The position numbers were made by a program, and so were the translations under genes. A stretch of 64,000 nucleotides of DNA from an uncultured bacterium (GTDB taxonomy: Bacteria; Patescibacteriota; Minisyncoccia; Phycocordibacterales; JAACPR01): assembly GCA_937858275.1 (NCBI GenBank), contig CALLZK010000024.1, forward strand, positions 1,567 through 65,566, read 5' to 3'. Below the pieces are notes generated by a model. It saw only the letters and a program-made list of their open reading frames with translations, ran no database searches and was not told the origin of the DNA. Below are positions 7,834-16,714 of this stretch, piece by piece (positions within the stretch are counted from its first letter, which is position 1; every line of letters starts with the position of its first letter).

Positions 7834-9201
7834 TTAAAAATCTTCAAAATCGGCATTTCCACCAACAGATGATGTATCAATATCTCTAAAGGTTGTTTTC
7901 TTATCATCAAAATATAATTCTACACGACCGGTTGGACCATTTCTGTGTTTTTCTATCATAATTTCGGCAATGTTTGGTTTCTCTGAATTTTCGTTGTATT
8001 TGTCTTCTCTGTGAATAAACATTACAACATCAGCATCTTGTTCGATAGAACCAGAATCTCTAAGGTCTGATAGTCTTGGTCTGCCACCTCTTTGTTCTAC
8101 AGCTCTTGATAGTTGGGAAAGGGCAATTACGGGCACATCTAATTCTCTTGCCAAGCCCTTTAGGGATCTAGATATTTCGGTTACTTGTTGAACAACATTA
8201 TCGCCACTTTTGTTTTGTGTTGGAACCATCAATTGTAAGTAATCAACTATAATCAAAGATAGATTTTTTTCTGCTTTTAATCTGCGGGCCGTTGATCTCA
8301 TTGAGACAATGTTGTTGCCTGGTCTATCGTCCACAAAAAACGGAGCACCAGAAAGGGTATCCAAAGAATCTCTTATTCTTTGAAAATCATCCTCATTAGT
8401 CAATCTACCAGTTCTTAATTTCCATGCATCTACCTGAGCTTGAGCTGCTAATATTCTATCAATTAATTGTTGAGCACTCATCTCCAAAGAGAATATTAAT
8501 GTTGGAACACTATTGTTGACAGCAACATTTCTAGCAATATCCAAAGCGAGAGAGGTTTTACCCATAGATGGTCTAGCAGCCAAAATTATTAAATCTGATT
8601 TTTGAAATCCGGCCAATGTATTATCTAGACTTTTAAATCCTGTCGGAACACCTCTTAGTTCGTCTTTTGATTTGTGTAATTTGTCCAATCTTTCCCATGC
8701 TTCTGGTAATGTTTCTTTTAGAGAAAAAAAGTTTTTTTTGGTGGTTCTATTTGTAACCTTAAAAATCTTTTTTTCGGCCTCATCAAGCAGTGACTCAAGA
8801 TCATATTCTTCACTATAACCCATGGCACCAATATCATGTGATGCATCTATCAAATTTCTTGTAATAGATTTTTTTAAAACTATATTTGCATAATGAACTA
8901 TATTAGAAGCAGATGGAACAGATTCGACCAATTCTGATAAATAACTTTTTCCACCAACCTGATCTAGAATTTTTTTCTCTTTCAATCTGCTAGATAGGGA
9001 AATGAGATCTATTGGAATTGCTTTTGAAAAAAGTTCCAGCATTGTTTCATATATTTTTTTGTGCCTATCTTGATAAAAATTTTCTATAGAAATTATATCT
9101 AATATTTCATTTATTGATTCTGGTTTTAATAAAATAGAACCAAGCAATGCCATTTCGCTTTCAATGCTTTGGGGTGGAATTTTTAGTTTGTTATCGTTCA
9201 T
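7834..9201 (-). CDS. dnaB: replicative DNA helicase DnaB
   Basis: Walker A 'ARPSMGKTSLAL', 'IIVDYLQLM', 'SQLSRAVEQR'. No intein. Confidence 0.95.
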   Translation of the reverse strand: MNDNKLKIPPQSIESEMALLGSILLKPESINEILDIISIENFYQDRHKKIYETMLELFSKAIPIDLISLSSRLKEKKILDQVGGKSYLSELVESVPSASNIVHYANIVLKKSITRNLIDASHDIGAMGYSEEYDLESLLDEAEKKIFKVTNRTTKKNFFSLKETLPEAWERLDKLHKSKDELRGVPTGFKSLDNTLAGFQKSDLIILAARPSMGKTSLALDIARNVAVNNSVPTLIFSLEMSAQQLIDRILAAQAQVDAWKLRTGRLTNEDDFQRIRDSLDTLSGAPFFVDDRPGNNIVSMRSTARRLKAEKNLSLIIVDYLQLMVPTQNKSGDNVVQQVTEISRSLKGLARELDVPVIALSQLSRAVEQRGGRPRLSDLRDSGSIEQDADVVMFIHREDKYNENSEKPNIAEIMIEKHRNGPTGRVELYFDDKKTTFRDIDTSSVGGNADFEDF

Positions 9202-9328
9202 ATCAATTATAATAGATTAACATAAAATTTACTTAAATAAATAATAAAAAAATTATAAATAAGTGTAAAGATTGTGGAAATCTAAATCACAACACAATAT
9301 ATGAAATGAGGCAATAAAACAAGATTGT

Positions 9329-10255
9329 TTATAGCCACTTTTTTCTTTTAAAGTAAATATACATTCCAATAGATAACAAAAGCATTAAACAAATTATGAT
9401 ATAAAAATCAAATCTTGAGCCAACGATTGGCATGTATTTTGTGTTCATGTTAAATATTCCGGCTATCAATGCCAAAGGAAGGAATATAAAGTTCGTCACT
9501 GTCAAAATTTTCATAATCTCATTTTGTTTTGTAGAAAGTAAAGAATCATTTGTTTCTCTCAATTCTTCCAAATATTCTTTTGTGCTTGTAAGTTCTGTTT
9601 TTACTTTGTGATATTCTCCAAGTGTTGCATGTGAATAATAATCAAAATCGCTACCAAAAAACTTTTTACAAGCCACCTCAAATGATTCCAAAATTTCTTG
9701 ATGAAGAGAAATTGATTCTTTGTAATTTAAAATTCTTCTATTTAATTTTGATATTTCTACAACCATTGTTTTTTCATGGCCAGAAAAAATTTTATTTTCA
9801 ATATCGTGAAGTAGATCTCTTATATGAGCTAATCTATGCATCATTGATTTGTACAAATACTGAGTCATGTGGAAAAAAATATGTCCAGCATGTTCGGCAC
9901 CATTTCCTTTATCCAAAATTGACTTTACTTCAAATGCTTTTGCAAATTCAAGTAATGCATCAACGGTATTATATCTGGTAGTGATAATAAATTTTTTGCC
10001 AATTATAAAATCAATTTCCTGTATCTTATCACTGGCGATTTTTTCTTGACCATTTTGATGTGTTGTGGGGAAGTTTAAAATTAAATAAATATAATCTTTG
10101 TAATATTCAACTCTCGGTCTAAGTGTTGGTAAAATCAATTCATTTGCAATTAACGGGTCAATCTCAAATCTTTTAACTATTTGTAAAGCTTCTTCTTGAG
10201 TTGGATTTTCTAAATCAACCCAAGTTATATTTTTATGTTTATATTCGCTCATCAT
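9329..10255 (-). CDS. corA: CorA-family divalent cation transporter (variant MN motif)
   Basis: Large cytoplasmic N-domain plus two C-terminal TM helices, with 'GIFNMNTKYMP' in place of the canonical YGMNF. Confidence 0.7.
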   Translation of the reverse strand: MMSEYKHKNITWVDLENPTQEEALQIVKRFEIDPLIANELILPTLRPRVEYYKDYIYLILNFPTTHQNGQEKIASDKIQEIDFIIGKKFIITTRYNTVDALLEFAKAFEVKSILDKGNGAEHAGHIFFHMTQYLYKSMMHRLAHIRDLLHDIENKIFSGHEKTMVVEISKLNRRILNYKESISLHQEILESFEVACKKFFGSDFDYYSHATLGEYHKVKTELTSTKEYLEELRETNDSLLSTKQNEIMKILTVTNFIFLPLALIAGIFNMNTKYMPIVGSRFDFYIIICLMLLLSIGMYIYFKRKKWL

Positions 10256-10282
10256 ATTTAAAACATTATATCAGGTTTATAT

Positions 10283-10311
10283 TTGACCCTCAAATATTTT
10301 TTTGTCATAAT
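10283..10311 (+). promoter_or_regulatory. sigma70-like promoter TTGACC-17nt-CATAAT for ctpA
   Basis: The track ORF start at 10283 (TTG) is actually this -35 box. Confidence 0.5.
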
Positions 10312-10318
10312 TGTGTTA

Positions 10319-11524
10319 ATGAAAAAGATTTTAAAAGATTTGTCGTTATATTCCGCATCAATAATTGTTGCTTTAATTGTTTTTTTTAGCGGTTTTTTTG
10401 CTGGAAATTTTAATCAGGTTCAAAATGCTAATATCTCAAATAATTCGGTAAATGCTTCAACTGAGGCGGATTTGTCCGAATTTTGGCGAGTTTGGAGAAT
10501 TTTGAATGAAAAATACAAATCTTCTAATGAAAATAATGTTTCAGACAAAGACAAAATATACGGAGCCATAAAAGGAATGGTAGATTCTTTGGGCGATCCT
10601 TATACACATTTTCTAACACCAGAAGAAAAAAAGAATTTTGAAACAAGCATTCAGGGAGAATTTTTTGGTGTTGGAATGGAAATATCTTCAAAAGAAAAAA
10701 TGATTGTGGTTGTGTCTCCTCTAAAAAACACACCAGCAGAAAAAGCTGGAATTTTGGCTGATGATGTAATTGTTTCTATAGATGGTGTTCCAACATTATC
10801 AATGGGTGTAGATGATGCAGTCAGCAGAATAAGGGGGCCAGCTGGTACAAAGGTAAAATTAAATGTTTATAGAAAATCCACTGAACAAAATTTTGATGTG
10901 GAAATTGTAAGAGAAAAGATTAATATTCCAACACTAGAAACAAAAGTGGTTGATGATGTATTTGTAATATCACTTTATAATTTTTCAGCAAACTCCACTT
11001 CTCAATTTAGAAATGCCCTAAGAGAATTTACTTCATCCAGAAAAAACAAATTAATTTTGGATCTTAGAGGAAATCCGGGAGGTTTTTTGGAGGCATCTGT
11101 TGATATTGCTAGTTGGTTTTTGCCAGCCGGAAAAGTTGTTGTAAAAGAAGATTTTGGTTCTTCTGAAAAGGTTTTCAGAAGTAAGGGTTATAACATATTC
11201 AGTAATCGAGATTTAAAAATGGTTGTATTAGTTAATAAAGGATCCGCATCTGCTTCAGAGATATTGGCTGGTGCTCTTTCAGAGTATGGTATAGCAAAAA
11301 TTGTTGGAACAAATACTTTTGGTAAAGGTTCCGTTCAGGAATTAATTCAAATATCAAAAGATACATCCTTAAAGGTTACAGTGGCTCAATGGTTGACACC
11401 AAATGGTGTATCAATATCTGAAGGTGGTCTAAAACCTGATCTTGTTGTAGATACTGCCCCAGATGGTGTAGAATTAATGGATTATCAATTTCAGAAAGCA
11501 ATTGAATTATTAAACACAATATGA
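10319..11524 (+). CDS. ctpA: carboxyl-terminal processing protease (S41, CtpA/Prc) with PDZ domain
   Basis: ATG at 10319 (MKKILKDL..., TM anchor). PDZ 'GVGMEI..VVSPLKNTPAEKAGI'. S41 catalytic 'GSASASEILAGAL'. Confidence 0.9.
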   Translation: MKKILKDLSLYSASIIVALIVFFSGFFAGNFNQVQNANISNNSVNASTEADLSEFWRVWRILNEKYKSSNENNVSDKDKIYGAIKGMVDSLGDPYTHFLTPEEKKNFETSIQGEFFGVGMEISSKEKMIVVVSPLKNTPAEKAGILADDVIVSIDGVPTLSMGVDDAVSRIRGPAGTKVKLNVYRKSTEQNFDVEIVREKINIPTLETKVVDDVFVISLYNFSANSTSQFRNALREFTSSRKNKLILDLRGNPGGFLEASVDIASWFLPAGKVVVKEDFGSSEKVFRSKGYNIFSNRDLKMVVLVNKGSASASEILAGALSEYGIAKIVGTNTFGKGSVQELIQISKDTSLKVTVAQWLTPNGVSISEGGLKPDLVVDTAPDGVELMDYQFQKAIELLNTI

Positions 11525-11955
11525 AAGTAATTTTACTACAAAACATAGCAGGATTGGGTCAAAAAGACGATATAAAGGATGTTAGTGAGGGATATGCTAT
11601 GAATATGCTAATTCCCAGAAAAATGGCAAAATTTGCCTCTTCTGGTGATATAAAGCAAATACAAAATACAAAAAATAAAAAATTAAAAAACAGTGAATTA
11701 TTGCAAAATAAAGTTCACAAACTACTTAATCAAATAGATGGAAAAAATATTATAATTAATGCCAAATCAAATGACAAAGGACATTTGTTTGCCCAAATTC
11801 ATGCCAAAGAAATTGCTGACTCAATAGGGGAGTTGGGTTTTGATATAAGCGAAGATTGGGTTGTATTAGAAAAACCAATAAAAGAAATTGGAAAATTTTC
11901 AATCAAAATATCTGCTTACAAAAAAAGTATTACTGTGAAGTTGGAAATCAAATAA
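11521..11955 (+). CDS. rplI: 50S ribosomal protein L9
   Basis: 'MKVILLQNIAGLGQKDDIKDVSEGYAMNMLIP'. The start overlaps the ctpA stop (ATGA). Confidence 0.9.
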   Translation: MKVILLQNIAGLGQKDDIKDVSEGYAMNMLIPRKMAKFASSGDIKQIQNTKNKKLKNSELLQNKVHKLLNQIDGKNIIINAKSNDKGHLFAQIHAKEIADSIGELGFDISEDWVVLEKPIKEIGKFSIKISAYKKSITVKLEIK

Positions 11956-11974
11956 AAATATTATTTTTTAATAT

Positions 11975-12247
11975 TTACAAAACACTAACTGTTTTTTTGA
12001 CAACTACTTTATTGTTGAAGCTTGTTTTTCTGGTTGTGCCAAATTTTACTACACCACTTTTTGTGGCATATATTGTGTGATCTTTACCCATTTTTACATT
12101 TTTTCCGGGAAGAACTCTTGTTCCTCTTTGACGAATTATTATATTTCCAGATTGTGCTTTTTCTCCGTCATATAATTTTGTACCCAAATACTGCGGATTT
12201 GAATCCGTTAAGTTCTTGGCTGTTCCTGCTGATTTTACATGTGACAT
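11975..12247 (-). CDS. rpmA: 50S ribosomal protein L27
   Basis: 'MSHVKSAGTAKNLTDSNPQYLGTKLYDGE..GNIIIRQRGT'. Confidence 0.9.
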   Translation of the reverse strand: MSHVKSAGTAKNLTDSNPQYLGTKLYDGEKAQSGNIIIRQRGTRVLPGKNVKMGKDHTIYATKSGVVKFGTTRKTSFNNKVVVKKTVSVL

Positions 12248-12301
12248 ATTTTGATTATTTTAATCAGATTTTAACTCTGTTTGCTAATTAATATTAGTTA
12301 T

Positions 12302-12652
12302 ATGAGTTTAAAACAAAACATTTTAAAAATCAAGTGGGTAATCGTGTTATTGGCATTTTTATTAACATATAATATTTTATTAATTTTAAATATTGATTTT
12401 GATACAAAAGATGAAGAGATCTTATTTGAAAGGGTATTTGAGATTGATTTTACTCAAAACAATCAAAATTTAGACAAAAATCAAAATACAAATAAACCGA
12501 AAAGTCAAATTTTAGCATCAAAAAGAGGTAAAAATTATTATTTTTCTCATTGTTCGGGTGCCAAAAAAATAAAAACAGAAAATATTATTTATTTTATGGA
12601 TGAATTATCTGCTCAAAAAGCTGGATATGTATTGGCTAAAAATTGCAAATAA
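12302..12652 (+). CDS. membrane-anchored small protein with C-terminal Ada-N-like metal-binding-type domain
   Basis: ATG at 12302 (the track's TTG at 12281 is unlikely). TM 'WVIVLLAFLLTYNILLIL'. C-terminal 'YYFSHCSGAKKI..NIIYFMDELSAQKAGYVLAKNCK' resembles Ada N-terminal Zn-binding domains, but with only 2 Cys. Confidence 0.5.
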   Translation: MSLKQNILKIKWVIVLLAFLLTYNILLILNIDFDTKDEEILFERVFEIDFTQNNQNLDKNQNTNKPKSQILASKRGKNYYFSHCSGAKKIKTENIIYFMDELSAQKAGYVLAKNCK

Positions 12653-12711
12653 TGGCTTTGTTGAGCCACACAATAAGCATTTAAAATATCAAGAAAATAT
12701 AAATATTTTGC

Positions 12712-12740
12712 TTGACTTTGGGTTGGTTTTTTGCTACTAT
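12712..12740 (+). promoter_or_regulatory. sigma70-like promoter TTGACT-17nt-TACTAT
   Basis: The track ORF start (TTG 12712) is this -35 box. Confidence 0.45.
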
Positions 12741-12746
12741 ATATGT

Positions 12747-12805
12747 AACTCAAGCAATGCTTGAGTTTTTTAGTTCTAGGCCTTGTAAACAAGATAAACC
12801 TAGAA
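12747..12805 (+). promoter_or_regulatory. two consecutive perfect hairpins downstream of the promoter
   Basis: Hairpin 1: AACTCAAGC-aat-GCTTGAGTT + TTTTT (12747-12770), which has intrinsic-terminator shape. Hairpin 2: TTCTAGG..(inner CTTGT-aaa-ACAAG)..CCTAGAA (12774-12805). Together they could be a terminator for the upstream gene or an attenuator or operator for the SLT gene. Confidence 0.4.
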
Positions 12806-13356
12806 CCTGTGTTCGATACCAATGGTTGCATGCACAGATTGGAATTAATAAAAACAATATTATACATCTTGCCATAGGAATTTCATTGTTAGTTGCGACA
12901 GCCACGAATCAGCCAGCAATGATTATTTCACAAAGTCAGAAAAATACAGATGACTCAACACCAAAATCGGTTGAAATACAAAACATCAATGAGAATAAGG
13001 TGATTGAGAATACAGAAACAGAACTAAAAAAACTCAAAACAACAAAAGAAGTTGTTCATGAAAAATTTAGCGATATACCAATTATGATAGAAATTGCCCG
13101 TTGCGAATCTGGTTTTAGACATCAGAATTCTAACGGGGAAGTTTTAAGAGGTTATATCAACTCAGCTGATGTTGGGGTTATGCAAATTAACGAAAAATAT
13201 CATTCTGAAACAGCTAAAAGATTAGGCTACAACATATACAGTTTGGATGGTAACATGGAATATGCCAGATATTTGTACGAAACTCAAGGAACAAGACCGT
13301 GGATTCATTCATCAAAATGTTGGAATTCTATTCGTGAAGTAGCTTTTGCAAACTAA
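12757..13356 (+). CDS. membrane-anchored lytic transglycosylase-like (SLT/Rpf-like domain) protein
   Basis: C-terminal 'IARCESGFRHQN...GVMQINEKYH...YARYLY' fits the SLT 'ES..GLMQ..Y' signature. The start is uncertain: ATG 12757 lies inside hairpin 1, and an in-frame TTG at 12826 precedes the TM 'IIHLAIGISLLVATA'. Confidence 0.6.
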   Translation: MLEFFSSRPCKQDKPRTCVRYQWLHAQIGINKNNIIHLAIGISLLVATATNQPAMIISQSQKNTDDSTPKSVEIQNINENKVIENTETELKKLKTTKEVVHEKFSDIPIMIEIARCESGFRHQNSNGEVLRGYINSADVGVMQINEKYHSETAKRLGYNIYSLDGNMEYARYLYETQGTRPWIHSSKCWNSIREVAFAN

Positions 13357-13361
13357 ATAAA

Positions 13362-13400
13362 AACAAAAAACTCGGTCGAACAATTTGCCGAGTTTTTTGT
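13362..13400. terminator. bidirectional terminator (AAAACTCGG..12 nt..CCGAGTTTT)
   Basis: Perfect 9-bp stem flanked by an A-run and a T-run, in the convergent intergenic region. Confidence 0.65.
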
Positions 13401-13598
13401 TTGATTAATTTTTTAATATATTTAAATTATTTGATCTATTTTAAAAAAGTATATTATTTAACCCCTCTCTCAAATAGGATATTATGTCGCACAATATATC
13501 TTTTGCGACACAATACTATATATAAATACTATAAATACAAAAAATCATTTTATTTAATAAACAAGAAAAAATAATAGAATTTAAAATTATAAAATATT

Positions 13599-13838
13599 TT
13601 AATTTTTGAACCAGTTTAATATATTTGATATTTCAGCTGCTTTTTTTATAACATTTACTACAAAATTTACTATAGCAACTATTACATTCCATATAAAAAT
13701 GAAGATTTTAGATAAATACTCATTCCAAATATATTCTGGACCATAACCATATAAAGATGCTACCACCAACACTATTATTATTAATATAATTATTTGTATA
13801 AAACCACCGGATGATTTTGTGTTTCTTTTCATATACAT
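13599..13838 (-). CDS. small 2-TM membrane protein, function unknown
   Basis: Two hydrophobic helices in 79 aa. Confidence 0.4.
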   Translation of the reverse strand: MYMKRNTKSSGGFIQIIILIIIVLVVASLYGYGPEYIWNEYLSKIFIFIWNVIVAIVNFVVNVIKKAAEISNILNWFKN

Positions 13839-13908
13839 TAAATTATATCACATGTATTTAAATATTTTTTTAGAAATGCACAATTAAAAATATAAATAAA
13901 ACAAAATT

Positions 13909-15252
13909 TTATAGTTTTGGTAAATATTGCATCGGATCAAGATATGCATTTAAATCAGCGAAAGGACCAGTCGCTCCAGTTGCCGCACATCCTGTACCAC
14001 CGGGTCTATATTCTCCGTATTTTCCGACTTTTACACCTTGCGAAGCATATATTGTCAAGTGCAAATGGGGGCCGGTTGTAACACCAGTATTTCCGGATAA
14101 TCCAATCATTTGTCCTGTGGAAACTTCTTGACCGACAACCACCGAAATACTTGAAAGATGGGCATACAAAGAAGTTAGTCCATTTGGATGTTCTACTAAT
14201 ATCCATTTACCCCAAGCATAACAGCCTGGATATGCATCTGTGTTCCCTAATCCAATTACTTTTCCTTGATAAACTGATTTTACTCTTGTACCAACCGGAG
14301 CTGCAAAATCTGTACCGGGGTGAAATGGTCTTCCATATATGTGAGGATTTGTTTTGGCAAATTGGGAACCACCAAATGCTTGTGTCACTCTTATACTATC
14401 TAATGGCCAAGACAAAATTCCATTTCTTGGTGCTGGATAGGATTTTGGATCTATTAAAATATTTAGTTTTGATTCTATATCCATTAATTCCCTTTCAAAA
14501 CTTTGTCTTTTTCTTAAGTTTTCTGCTAATATTTTTTGATATTCAGCCTCCTCATTTTTTGTTCTTTTAAGTAGGTCATCTTGTTGTTTTTTTGTTGATT
14601 CAACTGATTCCCTTTCGCTAGCTAATTCTTGTTTAAAAACAGATAAAATATTTTTTTCTTGTTGTTTTTCAATTTCTTTATTACCCAAATCGTCTATTAT
14701 TTTTTTTAATTCTATTATTTCTAAATTTATTTTATTTTTTAAGATTTCAGTTTGTTCTAAGTCACTCCAAAAATCAGAAATTGATTCATATCCTAATATT
14801 TTTTCTACAAAAGATTTTGAATTCAAGTCATTAATTTTTCTCATAGAAGAAGCTAGGGCATCAGAATTTTGTTTGATTAAGGATTCTTTTTGTTTTATTT
14901 CAAAACCAATTTTATCTATAAGTAATTCGGTCTCTATTATTTTTGTTTCGGTTTTTGTAATTTCAACTAAAAGCTTTTTTCTACTGGCTTCTAATTGTGC
15001 TAATGTATTTTGTAAAGTATTAGCTCTTCCACTAACACTTTGTAATGCTTGTCTTTGTTTTGCTATTTCAGCATCTATTTTTTGTAATTCAGTTCTTTTC
15101 TGATCAATTTCTTTTGATAATCTATCTATTTCTGTTGTTGATGCTGATGTATTTTGTGGTTGATTTGTTATTATGAAAAAACCAATTAAACATATTATCA
15201 AAAATACTGAAACAAGATTTATTTTTTTTGTGTTTATTTTTGAATTAATCAT
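13909..15252 (-). CDS. M23 family peptidase with N-terminal coiled-coil (EnvC-like murein hydrolase or activator)
   Basis: Signal anchor, long coiled coil, then M23 motifs 'HPGTDFAAPVGTRV' and 'HLHLTIY'. Overlaps the gltX stop by 8 nt. Confidence 0.85.
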   Translation of the reverse strand: MINSKINTKKINLVSVFLIICLIGFFIITNQPQNTSASTTEIDRLSKEIDQKRTELQKIDAEIAKQRQALQSVSGRANTLQNTLAQLEASRKKLLVEITKTETKIIETELLIDKIGFEIKQKESLIKQNSDALASSMRKINDLNSKSFVEKILGYESISDFWSDLEQTEILKNKINLEIIELKKIIDDLGNKEIEKQQEKNILSVFKQELASERESVESTKKQQDDLLKRTKNEEAEYQKILAENLRKRQSFERELMDIESKLNILIDPKSYPAPRNGILSWPLDSIRVTQAFGGSQFAKTNPHIYGRPFHPGTDFAAPVGTRVKSVYQGKVIGLGNTDAYPGCYAWGKWILVEHPNGLTSLYAHLSSISVVVGQEVSTGQMIGLSGNTGVTTGPHLHLTIYASQGVKVGKYGEYRPGGTGCAATGATGPFADLNAYLDPMQYLPKL

Positions 15253-16714
15253 TTTTAATTTTTTCTATTGCAATTTTAATTCTTTCAATGGTTTCCATTT
15301 TACCCAAAATATAAACCAGAGTAAAAGGATCTGGGCTTTTTTCTTTTCCAGACAGGGCAAATCTAAGTGGCCACAAAACACTACCTTTATCATTTTGTTG
15401 AACATATTTCCAAATAAAATCTTTTATTTGTTCTAATGATAAATTCTCAAAATCTTTTTCCTGTTCAATTATTGCTATTAATTTTTCTAAATGATTAATA
15501 GTATCTGTTTTGTTTGAATTTTTCCAAATTAATTTTGTGGCTTCATAGTTATTGTTTTTTTCAAAATAATAATTTATATCACCATCTAAAATTAAATTAT
15601 CAATATCTGAGAATTTTGAAATTCTTTCTTTTATGATTGGAATTATTTTTGATATTTTTTTATCTTCTTTTTGAAATTTTAAATTTTTAATTTTTTCTAT
15701 AAAAATATTTTTTATTTCATCATCCGAAATGTTTTTAATATACTCTTTGTTAAACCATAAAAGTTTTTCTTCGTTAAATTTTCCACCGCCAGTTTGAATT
15801 TTTTCTATTTCAAAACTTTGCATTATTTCATCCAAAGTCATCAATTCCCTATCGTCTCCGGGGTTCCAGCCAATTAAAGCCAAAAAATTAAGCATTGCAT
15901 GGGGTAAAATACCATCTTTTTTGTAATCTAAAAGATCTTTTGCACCATCTCTTTTGCCTAACTTTTTTTTGCCATCAGGACCCATTATTGGTGGTAGAGT
16001 TACAAAAATTGGGGGTTTTATATCAAGTGCTTTATATAGTGCTAAAAATTTTGGTGTTGAAGAGATAAACTCATCAGCTCTAAAAATGTGAGTCGTTTTC
16101 ATGTAATAATCATCAATAATATGAGCAAAATTGTATGTTGGATATCCATCGCTTTTAATCAAAATAAAATCGTCTAAGGCTTCTGGACCAGAACTTAATT
16201 TTCCACGAACAGCATCATTCCAATTGGTTGTTTGAGGATCAACTTTTAATCTAAGTGGTTTGCCAATACTCCACTCTGGCGGATTTTTTGGCCTGTAATT
16301 TCTGTATAAAAAAGGTTTGTTTTCTGTTTTTGCTTGATTTCTAAAATGTTCAATTTCTTCTTCAGAATACGGATCACAATATGCTAAACCTTTTTCTATC
16401 AAAATCTGAGCATGTTTTTGATATGTTCCCAACCTTTCTGATTGTTTGTATGGAGAATTTGGTCCACCAATGTCTGGTCCCTCATCCCAATCTATACCAA
16501 GCCACTTAAGTGATTCAACGATGTGTTCTATTGATCCCGAAACTTCCCTGGCCTTGTCTGTGTCTTCTATTCTTAATATAAAAGTGCCATTATTTTTTCT
16601 TGCAAATAACCAAGCAAATAATGCTGTTCTAACTCCTCCAACATGCATAAAACCAGTTGGTGATGGGGCAAATCTTGTTACTATCTGTGATTTTGGATTT
16701 TTTTCTGATGGCAT
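15245..16714 (-). CDS. gltX: glutamyl-tRNA synthetase
   Basis: 'RFAPSPTGFMHVGGVRTALF' (HIGH-class) and 'KLGKRDG' (KMSKS variant). Confidence 0.9.
   Translation of the reverse strand: MPSEKNPKSQIVTRFAPSPTGFMHVGGVRTALFAWLFARKNNGTFILRIEDTDKAREVSGSIEHIVESLKWLGIDWDEGPDIGGPNSPYKQSERLGTYQKHAQILIEKGLAYCDPYSEEEIEHFRNQAKTENKPFLYRNYRPKNPPEWSIGKPLRLKVDPQTTNWNDAVRGKLSSGPEALDDFILIKSDGYPTYNFAHIIDDYYMKTTHIFRADEFISSTPKFLALYKALDIKPPIFVTLPPIMGPDGKKKLGKRDGAKDLLDYKKDGILPHAMLNFLALIGWNPGDDRELMTLDEIMQSFEIEKIQTGGGKFNEEKLLWFNKEYIKNISDDEIKNIFIEKIKNLKFQKEDKKISKIIPIIKERISKFSDIDNLILDGDINYYFEKNNNYEATKLIWKNSNKTDTINHLEKLIAIIEQEKDFENLSLEQIKDFIWKYVQQNDKGSVLWPLRFALSGKEKSPDPFTLVYILGKMETIERIKIAIEKIKND

Noticed and set aside
7834-9201. 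Intein or insertion in dnaB
   Set aside because: The protein is a normal 455 aa with contiguous helicase motifs.
10283-10318. ORF-track start (TTG) of the ctpA ORF at 10283
   Set aside because: The TTG is the -35 box (TTGACC) of a TTGACC-17-CATAAT promoter. The in-frame ATG at 10319, followed by a TM anchor, is the plausible start.
12281-12301. ORF-track TTG start for the 123-aa ORF
   Set aside because: The ATG at 12302 immediately precedes the TM helix. The TTG has no supporting signal.
13430-13520. Candidate XerCD dif site in the convergent gap
   Set aside because: Only partial half-site similarity was found ('ATTATGTCGC', 'AGTATATTATTTAAC'). No 11-6-11 element matches known dif consensus, so it is kept only as a low-interest hypothesis.
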